Shown here: in pieces, positions 20,057 to 28,359 of the stretch | Numbering within the stretch: position 1 is the first letter of the stretch | How the letters are laid out: the number at the start of each line of letters is the position of its first letter | Assembly: GCA_034661055.1 (NCBI GenBank) | Contig: JAYEKO010000091.1 | Coordinates: forward strand, 1-28,359 | DNA length: 28,359 nt | Reading direction: 5' to 3' | Source: Campylobacterota bacterium | GTDB lineage: Bacteria; Campylobacterota; Campylobacteria; Campylobacterales; Sulfurimonadaceae | The notes under the pieces: generated by a model | Told to the model about the DNA's origin: nothing | The model's input: only the letters and a program-made list of their open reading frames with translations | The model's database searches: none | Position numbers and translations under genes: made by a program

Positions 20057-20933
20057 AAGCTTTCGCCATCTCCTTAGCTTCACTTCCAACAAGTTCTACT
20101 ATTTCATAACTCTCTTTATCTTCTAAAAGAGCTAATGTTAACTTGTGGTTTAAGTCATGGCTTCCGGCAAGAGCTTCATAGTTTCCAATAAAGTTTAGAC
20201 CTAAGAGTGCCATATCTCCAATCGCATCAAGTACTTTATGACGTACAAACTCGTCACGATAGCGTAAGCCTTCAGGATTAAGGACCTTCTTGTCATCTAA
20301 GACAACTGCATTTTCTAAACTTCCTCCAAGAGCAAGACCTTTGGAGCGAAGGTATTGCACTTCATGTAAAAAACCAAAAGTACGGGCACGGGAGATTTCT
20401 TTCTTATAGTTCTCTTTACTTAAATGCATGACAAACTGCTGCTCATCAATGACTGGGTGCTGAAATTTAATAGTAAAATCATATTGCAAAGAATCTGATG
20501 GTGATAGCTTAACATACTTGTCACCTTCAGAAACGGTAATCTCTTTTTTAATACGCATAATTCGTTTACCGACACCTAGCTGTACAATCCTCGCTTCATC
20601 AAGCAACATACAAAAACTTGCACTCGAGCCATCCATAACCGGAATCTCATCTGCATCGACAATAACCCGTAAATTATCGATTCCATAGGCATATACCGCA
20701 GAAAGCAGATGCTCTATTGTTGAGATAAAATGACCTTCACGACCAATAACCGTCGCCATTTTTGTGTCAATAACGTTATCAGGTTTTAACTCAATGGCGA
20801 CATTAACATCACTACGATGAAAAATAATGCCACTATCTGCTTCAAGGGGTTCTAAGCGTAAACGGACAGGATTACCCTTGTGAAGACCTATTCCGACAAG
20901 TTCTACAGGTTTTCCAATTGTTGTTTGATACAT
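20049..20933 (-). CDS. lpxC: UDP-3-O-acyl-N-acetylglucosamine deacetylase
   Basis: GIGLHKG, TIEHLLS, MDGSS, ARTFGF, RHKVLDAIGD. Confidence 0.98.
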   Translation of the reverse strand: MYQTTIGKPVELVGIGLHKGNPVRLRLEPLEADSGIIFHRSDVNVAIELKPDNVIDTKMATVIGREGHFISTIEHLLSAVYAYGIDNLRVIVDADEIPVMDGSSASFCMLLDEARIVQLGVGKRIMRIKKEITVSEGDKYVKLSPSDSLQYDFTIKFQHPVIDEQQFVMHLSKENYKKEISRARTFGFLHEVQYLRSKGLALGGSLENAVVLDDKKVLNPEGLRYRDEFVRHKVLDAIGDMALLGLNFIGNYEALAGSHDLNHKLTLALLEDKESYEIVELVGSEAKEMAKAYA

Positions 20934-20954
20934 TTACTACCCCTTTTTGATACC

Positions 20955-20976
20955 TCAAAAGTATTGTAACTTTTGA
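20955..20976. promoter_or_regulatory. 8-bp inverted repeat whose 6-bp spacer is a minus-strand -10-like hexamer (TACAAT), upstream of lpxC
   Basis: TCAAAAGT-attgta-ACTTTTGA; spacer reads TACAAT on the minus strand, 29 nt upstream of the lpxC ATG. Confidence 0.5.
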
Positions 20977-21002
20977 AAATACATGTAATTAGATGATTAT
21001 AT

Positions 21003-22373
21003 CTAACCTCTGTTTATAATTTTCTCTGCACTTTTAAATACATCTGCAATATTAAGTTTGAGCCACTGTTTATCCATCCACTCTTCAGGACGAACTTCAA
21101 CACCTTGAACTAATACCCCAAAATGTAAGTGATCACCCATAGCGTAACCACTCATGCCTGTATTGGCAACTTTCATTCCCGCACTTACTTCATCTTCTGC
21201 AGCAACATCACTACTAGAACAGTGTCCGTAAAGGGTATAAAGTCCCATACCCAAATGCATTATTGGCATATTTCCATAAATTCCATTATCACCAGAAAAA
21301 ACTACTTTACCATCATTCTTCGTTTTGATTTCACCCATCTGTACTGAAGCTAAATCCAGGCCCAAGTGGTAGGACTCACTGACACGTTTTTTATCATAAT
21401 AGTAGAGTCTATGATCTCCAAAACTTGCAACTTTTTTACCATTTTTAAGAGGATAAAATGGAGTAATCCTTAAGTTATCAATAATATCATCAGGAACTTT
21501 AGAGGTAATATCATGAATAAGCAGTTCATTTTTTGCACGGACATCTTCATTAATGATTTTAAAACGCTCAATTTTGTCTTCCACTCCCTGAGTCTCAACA
21601 TACTCTTCAGCCAATTCAGCTATTTTCCCATTTAAGAAGCGGTCAGAAAGTTTAATTTTAGAGATACGGTACTGTTTATTCTTAAGATAAAATGGAACAT
21701 ATTTTTTACTTATATTGCCGGCAAGATCTTTTGCAATCACATGCATACGAAAGCTTTTTGCTTGTACTGGCCATGCAACTAGTGACGCATAATAACCCTC
21801 TTGTATGTAGGTCTGCGGGTAAAATTTCTTTCCTGTCGATGATTCAAGATAAAGGTCTTTTAGGTTGTCATCCTCCGCTTTAAAAATTACGAGTGCTGAC
21901 CCTCCCTGTGTAATACTTCGACTGTTAGCTAAGACGCTTACTTGCGGACGCTTCTTATCAATAAACATCTTTTTAGTAAGCGTAGTACTATTACCTTTTA
22001 AAAAGTTCCATTGACTTGCATCTTGAGCTTGGACATAAAGTGTAACATCACTCTGCTTAATTCCAAAAAGACGCTTAGGCGGTTTTATATTTAGCTTTAA
22101 CTCTTTGTTAGGTTCAATTAACATCTCGTGGGCCAACTCAAAATTCTCTTTGGTTGTTTTTAAAATAACCGTATATGCTTTAATGCCACTATGATCATTA
22201 ATCTGTATAGAGAGTGGCTCTTTTAGGTTCCAATACTCACTGTTATGAATAGTAACTACTGGCTTTTCTCTCTCAAAGGAGTCTGAAACTCCCACATAAA
22301 CACCTAGTCCTAGCGCTATAATCATAAGCAATTTTGCTATCACTGCTGCAGCATTACTCTTTTTTCGTCTCAA
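21003..22373 (-). CDS. M23 family metallopeptidase (membrane-anchored)
   Basis: N-terminal TM helix, HLGLD and HLHF Zn motifs, YGN, LYGH; TTG start with AAGGAA RBS. Confidence 0.92.
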   Translation of the reverse strand: MRRKKSNAAAVIAKLLMIIALGLGVYVGVSDSFEREKPVVTIHNSEYWNLKEPLSIQINDHSGIKAYTVILKTTKENFELAHEMLIEPNKELKLNIKPPKRLFGIKQSDVTLYVQAQDASQWNFLKGNSTTLTKKMFIDKKRPQVSVLANSRSITQGGSALVIFKAEDDNLKDLYLESSTGKKFYPQTYIQEGYYASLVAWPVQAKSFRMHVIAKDLAGNISKKYVPFYLKNKQYRISKIKLSDRFLNGKIAELAEEYVETQGVEDKIERFKIINEDVRAKNELLIHDITSKVPDDIIDNLRITPFYPLKNGKKVASFGDHRLYYYDKKRVSESYHLGLDLASVQMGEIKTKNDGKVVFSGDNGIYGNMPIMHLGMGLYTLYGHCSSSDVAAEDEVSAGMKVANTGMSGYAMGDHLHFGVLVQGVEVRPEEWMDKQWLKLNIADVFKSAEKIINRG

Positions 22374-23311
22374 TTCAATTCCTTACACAATTTATTTATA
22401 ATTTTATTTTCTAAAGCACAAATAGTTCCATCTTCAACTACAAAACCAGATCTTTCCCTGTGTCCACCGCCATCAAAATCTTTTACAAACTCTACAAGAT
22501 TGACACTGCCATCACCTCGTAGTGAACCCTTAATACTACCATCACTTCTCTCACGCAAGAGCAAGGAGACTTTAACAGTAGCCAAACAGAGTGCTTCTTC
22601 TAAAGCAGTTTCTGAATCTTGAGCTGTTGCACCACTACTTTTTAACATCTCTAAATTTACATGTAAAACTGCCAATGCTCCACTACAGTGAAGTTCTAAA
22701 CGCTCAAACATCAAACCTTTTAAACGTAGTGATGCTAAAGAGTTTTTATTGTATAGCTCATCAGAAACATCTTGACTCTGTGCACCACAACGGAGCAAAT
22801 CTGCTGCCATTATAAAACTATTTGCATCTGTTTTAGAGTGTAAAAAGCAGTTAGAATCATCTAACAGTCCAGCATAAAGTGCTGTTGCCATTTTCGTGTT
22901 GATTTTAATATCACCCTCTTTAAACAGCTCATATATTATTTGTGTCGTACTAATAGCATCAGTATTGACAATATTAAGATTACCAAAGTTGCTATTACTT
23001 GAATGGTGGTCAATATTAATTAATTCGCACTCTACATGATGACCCAAACGACTGACGCTTCCACAATCAAAACAGAGTGCCAGATCTGCACTTTTTGGAA
23101 ACTGCTGACGTAAAGCACTAAACCAAGGTAACTGTGCTAACTTTTTATCAGGCTGTGATGTTGCACAAAACAGTGTCACCTTTTTTTGTAATCTTAAGAT
23201 ATAAGAGTAAAAAGCACTCGCGCTACCAAAAGAGTCCGCATCAGGATTTACATGTAAAATAAGAACAATATGTCGTGCAGTTTCAAGTTTTTTGGCTATT
23301 TGCTTTATCAT
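22370..23311 (-). CDS. DHH/DHHA1 phosphoesterase (NrnA-like oligoribonuclease/pAp phosphatase)
   Basis: HVNPDADS, FDCG, NIDHH, GLLDDS, SLR, GGGH. Confidence 0.92.
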   Translation of the reverse strand: MIKQIAKKLETARHIVLILHVNPDADSFGSASAFYSYILRLQKKVTLFCATSQPDKKLAQLPWFSALRQQFPKSADLALCFDCGSVSRLGHHVECELINIDHHSSNSNFGNLNIVNTDAISTTQIIYELFKEGDIKINTKMATALYAGLLDDSNCFLHSKTDANSFIMAADLLRCGAQSQDVSDELYNKNSLASLRLKGLMFERLELHCSGALAVLHVNLEMLKSSGATAQDSETALEEALCLATVKVSLLLRERSDGSIKGSLRGDGSVNLVEFVKDFDGGGHRERSGFVVEDGTICALENKIINKLCKELN

Positions 23312-23318
23312 TACGCGA

Positions 23319-23327
23319 ATTATAGCA
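23319..23327 (-). promoter_or_regulatory. Extended -10 promoter TGCTATAAT, probably leaderless
   Basis: Perfect TGnTATAAT, 7 nt before the DHH ATG (23311); no SD in between. Confidence 0.7.
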
Positions 23328-23354
23328 GAGCAATATTCACGTTAGATTAGTGAT

Positions 23355-24221
23355 TCAGTAATTTCGAGTTGTACGAGCCACATCACACTCTTCAAGTTTT
23401 TGACACGCTTCTAAGAGTAGGTCATCAACGCTTTCATTAACACTGTGTAGATAAGAAATAGCATAATCAATCTTGACAGGTCGCGTTCCCTCTACTTCCA
23501 TCTCTTGCGCTGATTTAACAATAAATCCGACTAGCTCCTTAACTAGTTCCATCTTTTTTTCCTGTACAACAACAGCAAAACCGTTACCTGTCAGTCGTCC
23601 TTCTATATTGTTGGTATCAAAGTACTTTTTAATAAGAGTAGCTAATTTATAAAGAACTTTATCTCCCGTAAAATTTCCGTAGAGTTCATTAATTGCAGAG
23701 AGTGTATTAAACTGAAGCAGAACAAGATGTAGTCGTTGACGCTTCTTAATAGAGAATGCTATTGCTTTTTCAGCTTCACGAAAAAACGTTCTTCTGTTGT
23801 AAAGCTTTGTCATTGGATCGTAGCTACTTAAACGTTGAATCTCTCTGCTATGTTGCAGATGTCTAATATGAATATGCACACGTGATGCGATTTCTAGTTG
23901 GTTAAATGGCTTAAGGACATAGTCACTTCCTCCACTTTGAAACATATCGGTTATACTGTTTTTATTGACAGTATTTAATATAAACAGTACTGGAATATCT
24001 TTTGTTACGATATTAGTTACAATAGCTTTACATAAATCAAAACCCTCCTCACCAAAGGACCCATCTATTAAGATTAGTGAGGGGAGCCGTTGTGCCACTG
24101 CTTCTTGAATATCACTTAGCTGAGAAAAGAAGTTCAAATCATAAGTTTGTAAAATATTTTTAAGTATTTTTCTGTCAAACTCATTACTACTTGCAATAAA
24201 TATATAGTGTTTTTGGGTCAA
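23355..24221 (-). CDS. Response regulator receiver plus degenerate GGDEF domain protein
   Basis: REC (LILID, IPVLF, DYVLKPF) linked via DPMTKLYNRR to a GGDEF-like domain with RLTGNGF in place of RxGGEEF; TTG start with AAGGAG. Confidence 0.85.
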   Translation of the reverse strand: MTQKHYIFIASSNEFDRKILKNILQTYDLNFFSQLSDIQEAVAQRLPSLILIDGSFGEEGFDLCKAIVTNIVTKDIPVLFILNTVNKNSITDMFQSGGSDYVLKPFNQLEIASRVHIHIRHLQHSREIQRLSSYDPMTKLYNRRTFFREAEKAIAFSIKKRQRLHLVLLQFNTLSAINELYGNFTGDKVLYKLATLIKKYFDTNNIEGRLTGNGFAVVVQEKKMELVKELVGFIVKSAQEMEVEGTRPVKIDYAISYLHSVNESVDDLLLEACQKLEECDVARTTRNY

Positions 24222-26662
24222 ATCGACTCTCCTTTTTGATAATTACTATGCAAATTTTCCTGTTTAGGAAGCGGCATCATCACTCCAGCATTTTTAAGTG
24301 CCTTGTAAACACCAATGGCAATATCACTCTGCGCAACAATTAAGTTCTCACTTAACCAAAAGTAGAGTTTAAATTCTAAATAGTAGTCACCAAAACCTTG
24401 AAATGCAGCTAGTGGTTCAGGGTCTTTTAGTACATTGGGGTGTGCTATTGCTATTGTTTTCATTATCTTAAGTACGTCATCAATATTGCTATCAAAGTCG
24501 ACTTTAAAAAGTAACACTTTTCGACGTCTATCATCTGAGAGTGTCCAGTTTGTTACTTTAGTAGCAATAAAATCTGCATTGGGAATAATCACTTCCGAAC
24601 CATCAAATGTCTTAATAGAACTTGAACGTGTTCCTATTCCAAGAACCGTTCCCATGGTGGAATCTATTTCAATAGTATCGCCTATTTGAATAGGTCGCTC
24701 AAATACCATAATAATACCAGAGACAAAGTTTGCAATAATATTTCTTAAACCAAAACCAATACCAACTCCCAAGGCTCCAAATACAAGGGTAAACTGCTCA
24801 GGTGTTATTCCAAGTGACGAGAGTGCAATAATAGCCCCCGTAATAACAATTACATAGTTTAATGTTGTCAAAATTGCAGTAGGAATTCCTCTAGGAAAGC
24901 TAAAGCGTGAAAAAACCTCTACCTCTAAAACCGTACGAACTGCTTTGGCTATAAACCACGTACCAACAACAATAACAATAAAATCTACAATAGACTGTAC
25001 CGATATTGTCGTTGTTGCTATCTCCCACGAAAAGGCTAAGACCTTCTCTTTAAATTCAACCATATGAGTATAGATGCCTAATACTTTTGTTACAATCAAA
25101 AACCACCAGAAAAACATTGTAAATTTCAATAAGAAACTGATGGTTCTTTCTACTTTATATGCGTATTGATCTAAAATATTGGAAGCAGTTGAAATGCGTC
25201 GTCGCAACATAATAATGACATAGCCTGTTAATATAATGGTAAGTACATAAAAAATTATTGAAGCGTGTATAGTTCGAAAAATCCCCTCAGTGATACGCTC
25301 AGCAAGCTGTACTCCACCATAAAAGTTTGCAGCAACAGAGATTAAAAGCAACATGGCAAACAGTGGTAGCAGGAATGAAACAAGTTTACGCATTACCTTT
25401 AATGGAATAAACTCCATCACTTTTGTACGAATCATCTGTACAATAAACAGAAAAAGACCAATACTTAACATTATGTTTAAAAGTCTATTGTCTAATGAAA
25501 AACCGATAGAATTTTTCTCTATCAAAGAGATAAAGTAGAGTAAAAAATAGATATAAAAATGTGTTATCACCTCTTTAGGAAGTACCGTTTGCAATACTCT
25601 TGCAATCGGTATTAATATTATAAGTACTTCTAATTCCCTTACCGCCTTAGGAGAGTCAGGATAGATAAAGACAACAGCAAGTTCAATTAAAATCATTGCT
25701 GTTGAGAATGGCCTTTTAATAAAATAATAGATCGGTTTACTGTAAGACTCTTCTCTAATAAAGAGTCTTCTTTTACGATACAAGAAGTTGACATAACCTA
25801 CAGAGGTACCAATAATAACTACTACTACGAGCAATAACCAGATATTTTCACTATGATTTTCATGATAAATTCGAAACTCTTGTAATTTTTCTAAAACAGT
25901 CTTAAGCACATCTTTTAAATACTTAACAGGAGCAAATGACTGGTGCAAAAGAAGATCAATGAAAGGCGGTCTGTTTTGATGAAAGACCTGGTTAGAGAGT
26001 TGTATCTCCATATTTTGAAGTTTCTCATTAGTCTGCTTAATCAGCAGCACTTTAGTCGTTAAAACGTTGGAATTTGTAAGGAGTAAATCATACCCTTTTT
26101 TAGCAGAAACACGTAGCTTTTCTATCTCAACAATAACCGAGGCTACATGATCTTGAATCACCTGAGGAGCCATTTCGCTATTAGCATTAATGTGAGTCTC
26201 ACCCCAAAGCACTGATGCCTTCTCTAGTACAGCACGATTACTATCATACACTTCAATACGAGATTTAAGAACCTTTTCCCACTCACGTAACTGTTTAAGA
26301 TAGATGCTCCATTCTGCCTGCATCTTCTGCAAATTTCGAATGCTCTCATATTGTAAATTATTGTAGAGAGGGTCTTCTAAAAGAGCCTCAATGGAGTCAA
26401 CATAGGCAGGAATAGACTCCCGCATCTCTAAAACATGCTTCTCTTCTGTAAGAAGCAAAGATATATCTTTTAATTCAAGCAGTGTCTTTACAGCCTCTTC
26501 AGGAACTGCACTTACAGCAATAAAAGGGTACTCTTTTTCTATCTGAACTTGCTCTTTTAACTCAGCTTGTTCACTCTGTTGAGCAAGCACAGTTTCACTA
26601 GCAGATAGATGCCCTAACAACAGATATAAAAATGACAGTGTGACTAAAAGATATTTCATCAT
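24218..26662 (-). CDS. Large MscS-family mechanosensitive channel (MscK/YbiO-like architecture)
   Basis: Signal peptide, helical periplasmic region, multiple TMs, MscS core (GALGVGIGFGL, NFVSG, ERPIQIGD, IIPN, NWT, DPEP). Confidence 0.92.
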   Translation of the reverse strand: MMKYLLVTLSFLYLLLGHLSASETVLAQQSEQAELKEQVQIEKEYPFIAVSAVPEEAVKTLLELKDISLLLTEEKHVLEMRESIPAYVDSIEALLEDPLYNNLQYESIRNLQKMQAEWSIYLKQLREWEKVLKSRIEVYDSNRAVLEKASVLWGETHINANSEMAPQVIQDHVASVIVEIEKLRVSAKKGYDLLLTNSNVLTTKVLLIKQTNEKLQNMEIQLSNQVFHQNRPPFIDLLLHQSFAPVKYLKDVLKTVLEKLQEFRIYHENHSENIWLLLVVVVIIGTSVGYVNFLYRKRRLFIREESYSKPIYYFIKRPFSTAMILIELAVVFIYPDSPKAVRELEVLIILIPIARVLQTVLPKEVITHFYIYFLLYFISLIEKNSIGFSLDNRLLNIMLSIGLFLFIVQMIRTKVMEFIPLKVMRKLVSFLLPLFAMLLLISVAANFYGGVQLAERITEGIFRTIHASIIFYVLTIILTGYVIIMLRRRISTASNILDQYAYKVERTISFLLKFTMFFWWFLIVTKVLGIYTHMVEFKEKVLAFSWEIATTTISVQSIVDFIVIVVGTWFIAKAVRTVLEVEVFSRFSFPRGIPTAILTTLNYVIVITGAIIALSSLGITPEQFTLVFGALGVGIGFGLRNIIANFVSGIIMVFERPIQIGDTIEIDSTMGTVLGIGTRSSSIKTFDGSEVIIPNADFIATKVTNWTLSDDRRRKVLLFKVDFDSNIDDVLKIMKTIAIAHPNVLKDPEPLAAFQGFGDYYLEFKLYFWLSENLIVAQSDIAIGVYKALKNAGVMMPLPKQENLHSNYQKGESI

Positions 26663-26668
26663 ACCTCT

Positions 26669-27778
26669 CTAAAGTGAATCTAACTCTTGGCTTAACTTCT
26701 GTGCCATAACTTCATAGTTACGCTCTAGCTCAAGCAACTTTTTCTGTCCAGTTTCTCCTACCTCAATTAATGAGGCCTCATCAGCTTCAATCAGCATCTT
26801 GAGTTTACTCTCTATCTCCTTAACATCAAAACTACTAAAATAGGCTTCTGTATCTTCCTCAAATATAGAGCGGTTCTTACTGTTGTCACTTAAAAGTGCT
26901 GGTACTGCACATGTGTAGTAGTCAACTACTTTAGCAGATAGAGCATTATTATACAGCTCTTTGTTTGGGAGTAAGGCTAAGCCTACATCACAGCGACAGA
27001 CCTGCTTTTTAATCTCTGTAAGTTCGTCAGCATAAAGTACTTCAACTTTATCTTTAATCCTTGGATAGACTTTAAGCAGTTCATTAATAGTCTCCGGATT
27101 ATACACTGAAAGAGTCAAGTGCCACGATTTGTCACTTAAATTATTAAACGCATCAAGAACTACCTCGAACTCACGTAAAATATCGAGCGTGCCCATGTAG
27201 ATAAAGCGACGAACGCCATCATTACGAACAGAGCGAACTGTGAGCTGTTTTGGATCAAGTGCTGTTAATAGTGGATATACTTTACATGTAATATTCGGGT
27301 AAAAAACACGTTGCATCTGTGTTGTAGTCGGTAGAAAAATATCTACCTTATTAATAAGTCTATCTTTTGTAAAATTACCAAACTTAACACGTAAGGTCTT
27401 AAAAAAACCGGCATTACTCAATTTAGCATGTTCATACGCTTCAGTTGATTTTGCAAATGAGGTGCGAAAACCAACTTTATAGCCATACTTATCTCGATTA
27501 TCTAGAACAGCCTTTAAGATATGTTGCGTATTTCTAACAAAGACAAAATGGTATTGACCAATCTCTATGCCCTTGCTTTGAAGATAGTTAATTATGTCTG
27601 TATTATAGTGTTCTGGTGCAATGAAGTCATCACCTTTAACTTGAAAACTGTGCTTATATTTTGTGAAATAGACAACGTTTACATGTAGATGCTCTTTAAG
27701 GTAGCCATGAAACAGTGCCCCAATGGTACCGTGTTCACTGTACTCTTCTTGGTCTGTAATATATAGTAATTTTTTCAT
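26669..27778 (-). CDS. Glycosyltransferase (GT-B fold, GT4-like)
   Basis: FIYMGTL..R, CDVGLALLP, SAKVVDY..CAVP C-terminal nucleotide-sugar domain pattern; AAGGAG RBS. Confidence 0.75.
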   Translation of the reverse strand: MKKLLYITDQEEYSEHGTIGALFHGYLKEHLHVNVVYFTKYKHSFQVKGDDFIAPEHYNTDIINYLQSKGIEIGQYHFVFVRNTQHILKAVLDNRDKYGYKVGFRTSFAKSTEAYEHAKLSNAGFFKTLRVKFGNFTKDRLINKVDIFLPTTTQMQRVFYPNITCKVYPLLTALDPKQLTVRSVRNDGVRRFIYMGTLDILREFEVVLDAFNNLSDKSWHLTLSVYNPETINELLKVYPRIKDKVEVLYADELTEIKKQVCRCDVGLALLPNKELYNNALSAKVVDYYTCAVPALLSDNSKNRSIFEEDTEAYFSSFDVKEIESKLKMLIEADEASLIEVGETGQKKLLELERNYEVMAQKLSQELDSL

Positions 27779-27781
27779 GTT

Positions 27782-28359
27782 CTACTCCTTATTGTCATCG
27801 GTTAAATCGTTAATGAGTGCATCTTTATCAAAATCTAAACCTAAATACTCAGTTAAAATTTCAACATCACGCAGAGCATTGCCTAAACAGCTTGTTGCCC
27901 CTGGTGATGGTGTCATGTTAAAGACAATCCCCTCACCGGTGTCAATTGAAGCTTCTCCCAACATAAGTTTCTCATTCTCTTTATCAAGAACCTGTGGTCT
28001 GACACCACCAAAACCTTTTGCATACTTAATATCTTCTTCTTGAAGTGAAGGTACAATTTTTCGTGCATCTTTAATAAAAAGTTTTTTATTAAAGTATGGA
28101 ATTTCAAAAAGAAAGTTACGAAAAATATATGTAAAAATATCTCTATCTTTAAGTAGGTCATAAAAGATTTTAAAAATATGCAAATCAAGACGCAGTGTCT
28201 TAAAAAAGTCGATAATCGTTGCATTGCCTTTAAAACGTTCTAGTTTTGGAAGAATCAGTGCTGTTGGCCCAAACGAGTGTAACCGTTTAAAAGAATGTCA
28301 GGATCACCATGAAGTGCTGCAAATGGAAGCTTTGGATTTTGCACCATGTAAACTTTACC
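27782..28359 (-). pseudogene. mqo: Malate:quinone oxidoreductase-like FAD oxidoreductase (Campylobacterota type), 3' part, with a 1-nt frameshift (real or sequencing error)
   Basis: From the window end [21 protein letters not shown]...YTR, then in another frame [12 protein letters not shown]...GFGGVRPQ...FNMTPSPGATSCL; 5' end lies outside the window. Confidence 0.75.

Larger units (their letters stand above)
1831..27687. repeat. Dispersed highly iterated palindrome TACATGTA (12 copies)
   Basis: Manual scan finds copies starting at 1831, 1843, 8108, 12158, 12895, 14046, 14736, 20980, 22658, 23249, 27283, 27680. Confidence 0.85.

Noticed and set aside
613..28224. Other short alternative ORFs in the track (e.g. 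613-810, 4276-4488, 9946-10185, 13682-13948, 18087-18320, 24435-24689, 27723-28043, 27913-28224)
   Set aside because: All overlap well-supported genes antisense or out of frame and show no domain features.
1..28359. tRNA, rRNA, riboswitch, prophage or restriction endonuclease genes
   Set aside because: None recognisable; apart from the RAYT flanks, intergenic gaps are all under about 90 bp.

Overview
Campylobacterota (epsilonproteobacterial, flagellated, Sulfurimonas-like by gene order and content) chromosomal segment made almost entirely of tightly packed housekeeping genes: mnmA-LOG, the aroQ-folK-flhF-flhG-hyp-fliA-fliM-fliY operon, mqnF-like hydrolase and sppA, and a long minus-strand run (mqo-like, glycosyltransferase, large MscS, degenerate REC-GGDEF, DHH, M23, lpxC, tsaB-like, thrB, ylxR, infB, rbfA, rimP, ribD, ubiE/menG, xseA, orphan NlaIII/HpyI-like adenine MTase). 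Two things stand out. (1) At the left edge an intact RAYT HUH tyrosine transposase is flanked by a non-GTAG family of REP-like hairpins that show compensatory base changes and form a REPIN-like inverted pair; two adjacent tandem duplications break inside the same hairpin type. (2) The palindrome TACATGTA occurs 12 times by manual count (about 1 expected), mostly within genes as Leu-His-Val, and a solitary CATG-family m6A methyltransferase sits in the same window. This suggests a HIP1-like or DNA-uptake-like highly iterated palindrome system. Also seen: a probable leaderless mRNA, an operator-like palindrome at the lpxC promoter and a 1-nt frameshift in the mqo-like gene. All counts are manual and no database searches were run.
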